From: an uncultured Verrucomicrobiae bacterium
Lineage (GTDB): Bacteria; Verrucomicrobiota; Verrucomicrobiia; Limisphaerales; Palsa-1400
NCBI GenBank assembly: GCA_963702845.1
Contig: OY969763.1
Span: forward strand, 896,001-960,000
DNA length: 64,000 nt
Direction: 5' to 3'
Each line of letters opens with the position of its first letter. The first letter of the stretch is position 1. The notes under the pieces were generated by a model. That model did no database searches, was not told the DNA's origin, and was given only the letters and a program-made list of their open reading frames with translations. Shown one piece after another: positions 34,583-44,346 of this stretch. The position numbers and the translations under genes were made by a program.

Positions 34583-35679
34583 ACACGCATAAAACCAATC
34601 ATAAAGGCAGGGCTCGTCTGCGAGCCGTGTTATTGAGCAAATACGCCCTGACCGGCGTGGCTATTCTTGCCGCGCTTCCATTGGCCGTTCACGCCGACGA
34701 AGACTGTTGCGCTCAGCCGCACGACCTCAATTCGTTCAGCTTTTCCGCGCGCCTGGGCTTTAATATTTCTTCAAGGTTCAAAAATCCGGGCCACATCGCT
34801 TTTAGCAATACCCGTCAAACGCCTGACGGATTGAAATACAATTACGACGACGGCTACGTTTTGACTGACGTCAGCGACAATGCTGGAGGGTTTACGTCTA
34901 ACTGGGGATTTGATAACGCCAGCCAGGTAAGTCCTCCGGCCACTCCCAATAATCATCTCGCGCTTAGTCGTACGACTTCAGCCGACAGCATGGCATCGCC
35001 TTGGCAAAACGCCGATCCGGCTATTGGTGGTGAATTGGTTTATCGTCGTGAGATTGGTGTCATTCCAAAACTCCGCGATATGCGGTGGGGTTTTGAATTG
35101 GCGGGCAGCCTCGTGAATTTCTCCGCCAACGATCACCGTTCTTTCAACGGTCAGGTGACGCGTCAAACCGACACTTATGTTCCGTTCCCTGACACGATGA
35201 TTACTGATCCGCGCCAGGGGACATTTATGGGGCCGGGCCAGTTATTGAATGACACTCCTATTTCCACCGCTTTTGGCTCTGCTCCAGCTACCATCTCTGG
35301 GAACAGAAAGATTGATACCGACATGTGGGGATTTCGCGTTGGACCGTATGCCGAACTGCCCGTGACTGACTGCCTGAATCTTTCACTCTCCGGCGGTTTT
35401 GCGGGAGCGCTGTTGGATGTTGGCGCTTCGTGGAATGAAACGTTATCAGTCGGCAGTTCCCAATACCGATTCTCGGGCAGCGGACACGATTCGGCTTGGC
35501 GCATGGGCTATTACATATCCGCAGGTGCCGACTACCAATTCGCGGATAAGTGGAGCCTGGTAGGCAGCGTCCAATATCAAAGTCTTTCCGACTACGAACA
35601 CGCGATTTCCGGCCGCACAGTGGACATTAATCTTAGCGAGACGATCTTTGTCACGCTCGGCGTCAGCTATCACTTTTAG
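34579..35679 (+). CDS. Probable outer-membrane beta-barrel protein coupled to the adhesin
   Basis: Signal peptide ending AVHA. Amphipathic strands (GFRVGPYAELP, GYYISAGADYQF). C-terminal VTLGVSYHF is a BAM-type signal with terminal Phe. GTGA overlap with the adhesin stop. Confidence 0.7.
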   Translation: MNTHKTNHKGRARLRAVLLSKYALTGVAILAALPLAVHADEDCCAQPHDLNSFSFSARLGFNISSRFKNPGHIAFSNTRQTPDGLKYNYDDGYVLTDVSDNAGGFTSNWGFDNASQVSPPATPNNHLALSRTTSADSMASPWQNADPAIGGELVYRREIGVIPKLRDMRWGFELAGSLVNFSANDHRSFNGQVTRQTDTYVPFPDTMITDPRQGTFMGPGQLLNDTPISTAFGSAPATISGNRKIDTDMWGFRVGPYAELPVTDCLNLSLSGGFAGALLDVGASWNETLSVGSSQYRFSGSGHDSAWRMGYYISAGADYQFADKWSLVGSVQYQSLSDYEHAISGRTVDINLSETIFVTLGVSYHF

Positions 35680-35765
35680 TTCATCGAACTTTTGTTTAAG
35701 CCCGAACATGACGCGACCTTCTCGGACCGTCTGAGTGTGCGCAATAAAGCGCCACTCGGCCGCAA

Positions 35766-38700
35766 TTACTGAAGTAGGTACACACCAAACCAGCTTTGAC
35801 TGTTCGGAGTCGCTCCAGAAACCTCGAACGTAACGGGCGTGCCGGGGGCCACCAGTGATCCATCCACCGTTAACGTCATGATGCCGTTGCTCTCATGAGC
35901 GCCGTCCTCCATGGTGAGATAGCTCACGCCAACTTTTCCGTCAGCGGAGTGCCATTCCTGCGGGTGTAGCGCGGTGGTAAAGTGAACCGTGTTTATCCCA
36001 TTAACTCGAATACTAAACGATCCTGCCGAACCGGCATTCGCGCCCATGCTCACGGGCAATCGGAAGTCATACGACCCGTTCGCCTTTGCTTCGGCCCTTG
36101 GTGGTTCAGTTTCCCATGTTAAGACAGACTTTCCTTCTGATTGTCCGCACGTTGCCAACTTCAACTCGCCCATCCAGCTTTGATGCGGTTGTTCGTCACC
36201 GGCTTTGAGGACTTTCGCGAGTCCATTTTTACCAGCGGCTAAAAACTTTTTTCTCGACGCTTCTGCCTGTTCCGCCGTCGTTGCTCCATATGGATGGGGA
36301 GCGCTGTTCAAGTAAGCGATTAAATTCGAGAGGTCTTGCGGGTTCATGTTTTGCTCCAATCCTTCGGGCATGAGCGATCGCCCCGACGCCCGAATTTCTT
36401 CCACATCGCTGCGCAGAATTGTTTCTATATTTCCGCCGGCCAGCGCGACTGTCATCGTCGTTGCTGTTTCCGTTTTCATGATGCCGGTGATGGAACGCCC
36501 GTCCTTCGTCTCGATATTGTAAGCGGTGAAACGTGGTTCCACCGCGTCGTTCGGATCTAAAATTGCCACGAGAAAATCCTCAGGTGTTTTGTCCGTCAAC
36601 GCTGCGAGATTGGGTCCGACCGTCGCGCCCTCGCCGCGGAAATAATGACAGACGACGCAATTCTTCGCCCACATCGCGCGACCTTTCAACGGGTCACCCG
36701 CCAAGGTTAAAGCAACACGATACTTTTTAATTATAGCCGCGCGATCTGATGAATCCGTTTTCCAAATCGCTTGCGCTTGTTGTTGAATATCCTTGTTCGC
36801 ACTCTTCAAAAGCAGTTGGCGATTCGCCAGCGGCAGTTGGTTACGATTGACGGTGCCACCTTGCATCGCGATCAGTAATTGTTTGGTCCACTCCTCGCGA
36901 CTGAGCAACAGTTCGAGACCGGCTTGCCGCAAGGTAGGGCTCATGGTGCTCCAATGCGATATCACCAGGTCCGGCACCTGCACGGTGCGATTGCGCTTGA
37001 GCGCCGCCAGCGCTGCCTTTTGCAATCGAAGTGAAACCGATGGTTCGAGCAGGTCGCCGATGATTTTTAAGTCTGCATCTTCTTTACCAATGCGCCGCCC
37101 GAGCAGGTGAACCGCCGACTCACGCAACGGCTCGCTGGCCTTCGCATCCGTAGACAGTTTCTCGGCCCAATCAAAAACAACATTCAGCCGGGAATTCAAA
37201 GTCGGTTTGTCATGCGCGGCTTGCGCTAATGTCACATTCTTCCGCTCCAAACCATCCATCAAACTGCTCAACGCGCCCAGTTGCCATGACTCCAGGTGTT
37301 GAGCATCGCCGGGGGTGACGGTGGTAATCAAACTTTCAAGCGACTCGCCGTTCCCTTCACCGGCCGCAGTTGCGATAAGCTCGCTGATCAACTCGGAGCG
37401 GTGTGGCGCTGACGCCGGCGTTTCAAAAACTGAGTGGAGTACATCTGCCGGCATTCGTATCGAAGAACTCAATACCGCGGCCCGCATCCATTGATCGTTC
37501 ATGTCGCGCACCAGCAACTTACCGAGCGCAGTGCCGACATTCGCATTAGTCCACTCGCCTAACGTGAGCGCCAGTTGGTAGCGCACGATAATTTCAGAGT
37601 CATCGACCAGCTTCAATATTGTATCTGCAATTGCACGTGAACCTCCATTGCTCGCGAAGTGTTCGCTTAAGCGAATCGCGTTGGCGCGGACCTGCGGGTC
37701 TTTATCACCGAGCGCGCGTACGACGGCGTTTTCACTCAGTTTTCCGAGTCCATCCGCAACACAAAGCGCCTGCAATCGCACCGTTGGCAATTGGCTCCTG
37801 CTCGCAAGACGTTCCAATGTTTGCACCGACTTCGAATCCACCACCCGCAATTTCGATTTGGGATTGGTCGGGAAGACCATCTCTTGATGAATCCGATCGC
37901 GCTCGGTGCCGTTTGCGGTATCGAGCATCGCCGCCAATTTGCTCATCGGCACTTTTGTCAGGTCAGGAACCGGACGAAGCTTCGCACCTTTGGCCACAAC
38001 GCGATAAATGCGACCCATATCATCTCCGGCGCGCACGTCGAGTTTTGAAAGTCGATCCGGTGGAATCCAACGTGGATGCTCAATCACAAACCGATACATG
38101 TCGGCAACCCAGATCGCACCATCAGGTCCAGTGCGCACCTGCACTGGTCGAGACCAATTGTCCTTCGACGACAAAAACTCGGACTCAGATTCCTCCGGCG
38201 CGCGAACAGCAGTAAACGTGGCGCTGTTCGTCTTCAGCACCATGCGATGCACAAGATTGTGTACCGGTTCGCACAAGAACGCGTTGTCATAGAGATCGGC
38301 GCCATCGAGTGTGTCGCGGTAAATCCCGATGCCGCAGCCGGACGTCACGCGATTGAGGGACCCGGGATTATTAAAACGCTCCAGTGGCTGGCTTGTCGGA
38401 TACAACAAATTGCTGTCTGGACCGGCCGCAATTGCAACGCGTGGATTCGGCGCAATCACATATGGGTTGCGGCGCAAATAATGATCTGCAATCGGATAGT
38501 GCCAGGCCGCCGTGCTGTTATCGCAACCGAACCAATTTCCCCAATCGTCGCGCACACGACCTTGTTGCGTCAGTCCGGATTCAGGTTCAAACGCGCCAGT
38601 ATCCGGGTTGATTCGAAAATCGCGTCCACGAATATCAACATCAATGGGCCGCAAGTTCGAATCGTTTACGGCCGTCGACTCACCGCGGATCACTCCGCCG

Positions 38701-39263
38701 AGCAAACCGTTTGCGCCATAGATCCAGTTGTCCAAACCAAGCGTGAGACTGTTAACGCGCGCTTGGTAGTTATTCGTTTCAAACCCGCGGAACATTTTGC
38801 GCACTACGTCGGCCTTGCCATCACCGTCGCTGTCCTCCGCGTACAAAATATTTGGAGCAGCGCAAACCAGCGCGCCCTTGCGCCAGGCGGTCACGCCGGT
38901 TGCAAAAGGAAGATTATCGAGAAACACCGTCCCTTTGTCGTATTTGCCATCACCATCGGAGTCTTCCAGCACTTTGATGCGACTGCCGGGTTTCCAATTT
39001 CCATCTATGCCCATTGGATAATCGCGCATTTCCACCACCCACAGCTTCCCATCAGCTCCCCAGTCGAACGCCACTGGATCAACCACGAGCGGTTCCGCGA
39101 CGACCAATTGCACTTCCAAGCCAGCGCGAACTGTCATTGCCGCAATCGATTCAGCCGGGGACTTTGGCGGAATTGACTCCGTTTTCGCCGCATCAACAGC
39201 TCCAAAAAGTGCGATGCTCGACAAACCAATGACCGATGCAACTAACCGGCTCAGGAAATTCAT
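35766..39263 (-). CDS. PVC-type heme-binding CxxCH protein (dehydrogenase-like beta-propeller, HEAT repeats, cytochrome c)
   Basis: EPLVVDPVAFDWGADGKLWVVEM, RPVQVRTGPDGAIWVADMYR, CVVCH, VGPNL, SLMPEGLE. Signal peptide from ATG 39263. Confidence 0.88.
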   Translation of the reverse strand: MNFLSRLVASVIGLSSIALFGAVDAAKTESIPPKSPAESIAAMTVRAGLEVQLVVAEPLVVDPVAFDWGADGKLWVVEMRDYPMGIDGNWKPGSRIKVLEDSDGDGKYDKGTVFLDNLPFATGVTAWRKGALVCAAPNILYAEDSDGDGKADVVRKMFRGFETNNYQARVNSLTLGLDNWIYGANGLLGGVIRGESTAVNDSNLRPIDVDIRGRDFRINPDTGAFEPESGLTQQGRVRDDWGNWFGCDNSTAAWHYPIADHYLRRNPYVIAPNPRVAIAAGPDSNLLYPTSQPLERFNNPGSLNRVTSGCGIGIYRDTLDGADLYDNAFLCEPVHNLVHRMVLKTNSATFTAVRAPEESESEFLSSKDNWSRPVQVRTGPDGAIWVADMYRFVIEHPRWIPPDRLSKLDVRAGDDMGRIYRVVAKGAKLRPVPDLTKVPMSKLAAMLDTANGTERDRIHQEMVFPTNPKSKLRVVDSKSVQTLERLASRSQLPTVRLQALCVADGLGKLSENAVVRALGDKDPQVRANAIRLSEHFASNGGSRAIADTILKLVDDSEIIVRYQLALTLGEWTNANVGTALGKLLVRDMNDQWMRAAVLSSSIRMPADVLHSVFETPASAPHRSELISELIATAAGEGNGESLESLITTVTPGDAQHLESWQLGALSSLMDGLERKNVTLAQAAHDKPTLNSRLNVVFDWAEKLSTDAKASEPLRESAVHLLGRRIGKEDADLKIIGDLLEPSVSLRLQKAALAALKRNRTVQVPDLVISHWSTMSPTLRQAGLELLLSREEWTKQLLIAMQGGTVNRNQLPLANRQLLLKSANKDIQQQAQAIWKTDSSDRAAIIKKYRVALTLAGDPLKGRAMWAKNCVVCHYFRGEGATVGPNLAALTDKTPEDFLVAILDPNDAVEPRFTAYNIETKDGRSITGIMKTETATTMTVALAGGNIETILRSDVEEIRASGRSLMPEGLEQNMNPQDLSNLIAYLNSAPHPYGATTAEQAEASRKKFLAAGKNGLAKVLKAGDEQPHQSWMGELKLATCGQSEGKSVLTWETEPPRAEAKANGSYDFRLPVSMGANAGSAGSFSIRVNGINTVHFTTALHPQEWHSADGKVGVSYLTMEDGAHESNGIMTLTVDGSLVAPGTPVTFEVSGATPNSQSWFGVYLLQ

Positions 39264-39359
39264 AGAGAGTGAGACGCGGTCAACGTCACAAAACTTCAAA
39301 GAAGTGTCGAGCGGGAAGTTCGCAATTGTTGATAGCGAAAATATTGCTGTCGGACTGGT

Positions 39360-41189
39360 CTACGAAACCACCGTTTTAATTACTGGCGGCCCGACAATCA
39401 TTGGTGCCATACCGTTGGTCGCCTGCTCGCGAAAATTGTTATAAAGCTTCCGCCGTGCCCACGTGATGAAGGCAGCGTCTGTCGCCACTTTGAGTACACT
39501 GGTAACTCCCATACTGATCAATGGAAACCACATCACGTTCCCTGTAAAACTGCCCCGAAACGTCGGTATAAACATTAGCATGGTTGCGATTCCGCCCACG
39601 AAGCTGATGACAAACCATGGAATCACCAGCACAAACGACAGCGTTTTTAGAATCGCAATATTTGCGCTTTTCGTTGTCATGCCTATCCACGCACCGAACC
39701 AGCTTATCGCCGCTAAATTCGTTGCATAAGTAATCACACCTGCAATCGCCATCGCGATTGTCATGGCTAAGGATATATCTGGCACGGTGATTCCAGCGGG
39801 TGTGACCGTCATGGTTATATTCGTGCTGGTTGTCGTCGCTGTGCTGGCATTCGTTTGTGGAAGCAGACCGACCGTATTTGTGTTCCCTTGATTCGTTGCT
39901 TTGTTCTTGTTCAGTTGAGCTAATCGGGCCTGTGAGGCTGCTACCGATTTCCCGAGTCCGGCATAAGTTCGATGCTGTGTTATCGGCGTGATCAAGAGTT
40001 GCACCGCAAACATCAGCAACAAGGGCCCCCCGAACGTCTTCAGAAATGCTTGCCAATTCCCGTGTACGATTTCGCGCACGCTCAACGGTGTGGCCAATAA
40101 TAGTTCCAGGAACCCGCTACGCTGCGCCTCCACAAAAAGGCGCGTCGCCTGCGACGCTGTCCAGACGTAAACAAAAAGCCAGATCAACCCTTGCAGATAA
40201 CCCAGCAGCATCGTGAGTACAAATTTGGTCGAGCTATTTTCTTGCCACCCGAACAACAGCGCTAATTGAAGTCCGATGCCGATCACAACCGCCACCCACA
40301 ACCACCGCCCCTGCCAACGTTCGCGCGATGCCAACCAAAAGATAGGATTACGGTCGAGTGTCTTACGACGAGACGTTGCTCGAGACGTCGCGCTGCCGTA
40401 GCTCCAAAATAGGCCCCATCGACGTTTGGCACCGCTGGTCACGCGGACGCTCTCTTGCCAAGAACGGGGCAGGGTGATGCACGTCCAAGCCAACAGCCCC
40501 CAAGCGATACCCTGGCAAATCGCCAATCCCATCCAGAACTCACCTCTGCCCCCTTGCGCCGTCGTGAAAACATAAATTGGACTGGTGACGCTGAAATACT
40601 GTTGGTAGAGACCCATCATCTGATCCAGGACTGGTCCCCCGGCTACAAGCAGAAGCAATACACAAAACGTTGCTGCCAACGCTTTCTGCGAATGGCGACT
40701 TCGTGCCGAGACAAAAATGCCGGCCACAAGCGAACAAAAGAGGGCGTTGGATAAAGCGAGGTTGGTCTTCCAGAATTGCTCGCCAGTGACGCCGCCCATC
40801 AACATGATCATCGCCAGCACCGGGAAAATCGCCAATAACCCGTAGAATGATCGCAGCGACTGCGACAACAGTTTCGCTCCAACAACATCGCGTCCGCGCA
40901 AATCTGTGAGGAACAACAAACCGATCGTTCCCTCGCGCTTCTCTTCACTCAAACAATCGGCCGTGAAGAATAAGCCACAGAACAACGCAGCAAAAAATCC
41001 CAGCCATCCAAGAACGCTGAAAAGTGTCCCGCCAACGTTCGCCATGCTCGTGCCCGCTATTTTGTAAAACAGCAGTACCATGCTGCCGATGATCACGGCA
41101 ATAATAGCCGCGACAACACGGAACCAGAACGTGCTGCGCTTGCGCGCAGCAACGCGCAACTCGCGTTCAAGTACCGGTAGGAAGGTCAA
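39360..41189 (-). CDS. Duplicated ABC-2-type permease-like membrane protein (PVC type)
   Basis: FLPVLERELRVAARK, SEEKREGTIGLLFLTDL and a second EAQRSGFLELLLATPL motif. Many TM helices. Confidence 0.75.
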   Translation of the reverse strand: MTFLPVLERELRVAARKRSTFWFRVVAAIIAVIIGSMVLLFYKIAGTSMANVGGTLFSVLGWLGFFAALFCGLFFTADCLSEEKREGTIGLLFLTDLRGRDVVGAKLLSQSLRSFYGLLAIFPVLAMIMLMGGVTGEQFWKTNLALSNALFCSLVAGIFVSARSRHSQKALAATFCVLLLLVAGGPVLDQMMGLYQQYFSVTSPIYVFTTAQGGRGEFWMGLAICQGIAWGLLAWTCITLPRSWQESVRVTSGAKRRWGLFWSYGSATSRATSRRKTLDRNPIFWLASRERWQGRWLWVAVVIGIGLQLALLFGWQENSSTKFVLTMLLGYLQGLIWLFVYVWTASQATRLFVEAQRSGFLELLLATPLSVREIVHGNWQAFLKTFGGPLLLMFAVQLLITPITQHRTYAGLGKSVAASQARLAQLNKNKATNQGNTNTVGLLPQTNASTATTTSTNITMTVTPAGITVPDISLAMTIAMAIAGVITYATNLAAISWFGAWIGMTTKSANIAILKTLSFVLVIPWFVISFVGGIATMLMFIPTFRGSFTGNVMWFPLISMGVTSVLKVATDAAFITWARRKLYNNFREQATNGMAPMIVGPPVIKTVVS

Positions 41190-41242
41190 TCGGGCCTACC
41201 GTATTTGTGACGCTTAGCTAAAGTCAAGTCGCCGATCGCCTG

Positions 41243-42343
41243 TCAGTCATTGCGGACAAACATCTTCCCGGGCAACTGGCGGATGATTCGTTTCATCTCC
41301 AAACCGAGCAACGTCACTGACACAGTCGAAGCAGCGAGCCCGCTTTGGCGAATCACGTCATCGATGCCCTTGGATTCTTTGTCGATGAGGTCATAGACCT
41401 TCTGCTCGTTTTCGCTCAGCGCAAACGCCGGCAGTTCATCTTGCCCTTGCTTCGGTCGATTGCTGCTCGGGAACAGGTATTCGAATTCCGTGAGAATATC
41501 CTCCGCCGACTCGCAAAGTTTCGCGCCTTTTTTGATTAAGTCGTGACAACCTTTGCTGCGCGGCGAATCGATCCGACCCGGCACTGCAAAAACCTGGCGG
41601 CCGTTTTCCACAGCCATCCCGGCGGTGATCAACGCGCCACTTGTTAAATTTGCTTCGACGACCACCGTTCCCAGCGTCATGCCCGCGACGATCCGGTTGC
41701 GAATCGGAAAGGTCTGTTTATCGCCCGGGCGATTAAACGGAAACTGCGAGATGACCGCGCCAGTGGCCGCAATGCGTTCGAACAATTCCGCGTTTTCGGA
41801 CGGGAATACCAGATTGATTCCGGTACCGAGCACGGCGATCGTGCGGCCCTTCGCGTTCAATGCACCTTGATGCGCCGCTGTGTCGATGCCGCGCGCACCG
41901 CCGCTCACGACCGTCACGCCGATATATGCGAGCTGATACGAAAGCTTGCGCGCGATTTCGATGCCGTAATGCGTCGTCATTCGCGACCCGACCATCGCAA
42001 TCGAGTTCTTGTCCTTCGCCAGCAAATTGCCTTTGACGTAAAGCACGATCGGCGGGTCGTAGATCTGCTTGAGCAACTCCGGATAATTCTCGTCGGTTTG
42101 AATGACGATTTTGCACCCGAACTGCTCGATCCGTTTCAGTTCGCCCGCGAGATCGACGGTCTTTTGCCAATTGGCAACGGCATCGCCGATTTCCGGTCCG
42201 ATCCCGTAAACCCGTTCGAGTTGAGATTGGCTTGCGCTGAGAATGGCCGGGGAATCACCAAACTGCTCGAGCAGTTGCCGCACGCGCACCGGTCCGATCC
42301 CTTCAATCATGTTCAACGCAATAAACGCTTCCCGCGAATCCAT
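41243..42343 (-). CDS. dprA: DNA-processing protein DprA
   Basis: YPELLKQIYDPP, VGSR, SGGARGID, FPIRNRI, SGALITA, AVPGRI. C-terminal winged helix. Confidence 0.95.
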   Translation of the reverse strand: MDSREAFIALNMIEGIGPVRVRQLLEQFGDSPAILSASQSQLERVYGIGPEIGDAVANWQKTVDLAGELKRIEQFGCKIVIQTDENYPELLKQIYDPPIVLYVKGNLLAKDKNSIAMVGSRMTTHYGIEIARKLSYQLAYIGVTVVSGGARGIDTAAHQGALNAKGRTIAVLGTGINLVFPSENAELFERIAATGAVISQFPFNRPGDKQTFPIRNRIVAGMTLGTVVVEANLTSGALITAGMAVENGRQVFAVPGRIDSPRSKGCHDLIKKGAKLCESAEDILTEFEYLFPSSNRPKQGQDELPAFALSENEQKVYDLIDKESKGIDDVIRQSGLAASTVSVTLLGLEMKRIIRQLPGKMFVRND

Positions 42344-42382
42344 GGCGCAGAGCTAATCCGGTTTTATTGACAGGGGCAAGCG

Positions 42383-43813
42383 CTATTGCGGCTGAAACTC
42401 GCGAACATCGCTCGACCTGCGAATGATGTCGCGCATTTCGGAAAGCGAACCAACTTCGCCGTTGGCGCGCAGTTGCGTGAGCAAGTTGCCAAGCACTGTG
42501 GTTTCGACCGGACCAGCGATGACGCTGCGTTTGCAGCGGTTGGCGGTGAGCTGGTTGAGCAAGTCGTTGCGCGAGCCACCGCCGACAATGTGAATGCAAT
42601 CGATTTTCTCGCCAGAGACCTGTTCCAAACTTGCAAGGACCTCGCTATATTTGCTGGCGAGACTTTCCAGCGCGCAGCGCACGAGTGCGCCTTCGGTTTC
42701 AGGAACTGGTTGATTCGTTTCGCGGCAACACGCCTGAATTGCTTCGACCATATTGGACGGATTTGTGTAGCGCGCGTCATTCGGGTCGATGATGCTGGCT
42801 GTTTTTTCAGTAGCGGCGAGGCGGACGAGTTCGGCATAGTCGAAGTTTTTCCCTCGCGCTTCGAATGAACGTTTGAGCTGCTGCACCAGCCAGAGACCCG
42901 TAATGTTTTTCAGGACGCGCCATGTGCCGTCGATGCCACCTTCATTCGTAAGATTTGCGTCGAGAACGTTTTTCGACAGCAGAGGCTTTTGTGATTCAAT
43001 GCCGAGCAACGACCACGTGCCAGAACTGATGTAAGCCCAATTCGCATGACCGGTATTTGCCGTCGGCACACCAGCGACTGCGGCGGCTGTGTCATGAGTC
43101 GGCGGCGCTATCACCGTGATGCGTGGGAGGCCAGTGCGCGTGGCGACGGACTGACGCAATTGACCGAGTTTCGTCCCTGGCTCGACAAGTTCGCCAAATA
43201 TTTTTTCCGGCAGATCGAACTTGCGCAGCATCTCGGAAGCCCACGTCCGTGTGGCAGGATTCAGGCATTGCGTCGTCGATGCGTTGGTAAATTCGACCAC
43301 ACGCAATCCGCACAGACACCAATTCAGCCAATCTGGAATCATCAGAAACCGATCGGCCGCAGCAAGCAGGTCAGGGTTGTTCTTGCGCAACGCGAGCAGT
43401 TGATAGAGAGAATTAATCTCCAGGAACTGTGAACCGGTATTGGCGAAAATCTCGTCGCGTGAAACCTGACGAAATGCCCCGTCCATCATTCCACGTGTGC
43501 GCGAGTCACGGTAGTGATATGGCAAACCGAGCATCTCGTCGTTCTTGGTCAGGAGAACGAAATCCACACCCCAGGTATCCACTCCAATGGAAACAACGGA
43601 GTCGCCAAATTTCTTCGCGGCAATCGCTAACCCGTTTTGAATCTCGGCCCAAAGTCGGACGACGTCCCAGCGCAAGGTCTCACCCACGGCGACGCCGCCG
43701 TTTGGAAATCGGTGCAGTTCTTCCAATGTTATGCGGTTGCCGTCCCAAATACCGGCCATAACGCGTCCGCTTTCCGCACCGAGGTCGATGCCGAGATAGA
43801 TTTGGTTGCTCAT
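42383..43813 (-). CDS. rhaB: Rhamnulokinase (FGGY family)
   Basis: [49 protein letters not shown]. Start ATG 43813; the longer ORF start runs through the repeat element. Confidence 0.88.
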   Translation of the reverse strand: MSNQIYLGIDLGAESGRVMAGIWDGNRITLEELHRFPNGGVAVGETLRWDVVRLWAEIQNGLAIAAKKFGDSVVSIGVDTWGVDFVLLTKNDEMLGLPYHYRDSRTRGMMDGAFRQVSRDEIFANTGSQFLEINSLYQLLALRKNNPDLLAAADRFLMIPDWLNWCLCGLRVVEFTNASTTQCLNPATRTWASEMLRKFDLPEKIFGELVEPGTKLGQLRQSVATRTGLPRITVIAPPTHDTAAAVAGVPTANTGHANWAYISSGTWSLLGIESQKPLLSKNVLDANLTNEGGIDGTWRVLKNITGLWLVQQLKRSFEARGKNFDYAELVRLAATEKTASIIDPNDARYTNPSNMVEAIQACCRETNQPVPETEGALVRCALESLASKYSEVLASLEQVSGEKIDCIHIVGGGSRNDLLNQLTANRCKRSVIAGPVETTVLGNLLTQLRANGEVGSLSEMRDIIRRSSDVREFQPQ

Positions 43814-43858
43814 ATATATAATGCGATGAGGTGTGGAGTCTCTGGGTTTTATTGCCGC

Positions 43859-44093
43859 AAAAAAAGCGGAAAAAACTACTGCGACTGGGTGCGACTCAGC
43901 GCGACCTGGTGCGACAAATCGATAAGTAGTCGCACCCGAGTCGCAGTAGCTGTCGCGGTGGGGCGGGGCCGAAAAAAACGGATAAAAACTTCTGCAATCT
44001 GGTGCGATCCACTGCAAACGACTGCAATCGGGTGCAATTTTTCGGAGGAGCCATTGCACTTGGATTGCACCTGCTATTGCAGTGGGATTGAAC
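43859..44093. repeat. Two tandem diverged ~115-bp palindromic units built of 10-bp-phased GCRAY repeats and inverted copies
   Basis: Unit 1 has GCGAC at 43881/43891/43901/43911 and GTCGC at 43929/43940/43952. Unit 2 has TGC(A/G)A at 43993/44003/44013/44023/44033 and ATTG(C/A)A at 44053/44064/44076/44087. Confidence 0.8.
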
Positions 44094-44295
44094 CCGTGCG
44101 TTTCGGTGGTTTCGGGGATCTACGATCGGTTTTAAATTCATAAGGCAAGTTTGGCACGAGCAGGGAAGAAAGCTTCTTAGCTGGAGGCCCCGTTTCTTAA
44201 GAAAGAAACCAACCGTTGAAACGAGCGTCGAAGAGAACGTGGGTGACGGTCATTTTTTAGGGAAATTGATGGGTCGGTTTGAAAACAACGGAGCG

Positions 44296-44323
44296 TTGAC
44301 ATTTACGGCGGGTCCCCTAATCT
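44296..44323 (+). promoter_or_regulatory. Putative sigma70 promoter
   Basis: TTGACA-16 nt-TAATCT, followed by GAAAGG before ATG 44347. Confidence 0.6.
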
Positions 44324-44346
44324 CAATTTGAAAGGTTTAGTTACCC

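Noticed and set aside
19267..35679. Classical T1SS/RTX, autotransporter, two-partner or T9SS substrate
   Set aside because: I saw no GGxGxD repeats, C-terminal autotransporter barrel, TPS/POTRA domains or typical T9SS CTD motifs.
38076..39176. Long antisense ORFs (e.g. 38076-39176, 2957-3811, 26398-27378, 31826-32590)
   Set aside because: They are shadow ORFs opposite well-supported genes, explained by codon bias, with no recognisable motifs.
41243..42343. Competence or defence island around dprA
   Set aside because: This is a canonical full-length dprA with ordinary neighbours and no com or defence genes adjacent.
43859..44093. CRISPR array or N-terminal extension of RhaB (IAPDC repeats in ORF 42383-44059)
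   Set aside because: The period is 10 bp with no unique spacers. RhaB homology begins at ATG 43813, so the extension is read-through of a non-coding repeat.
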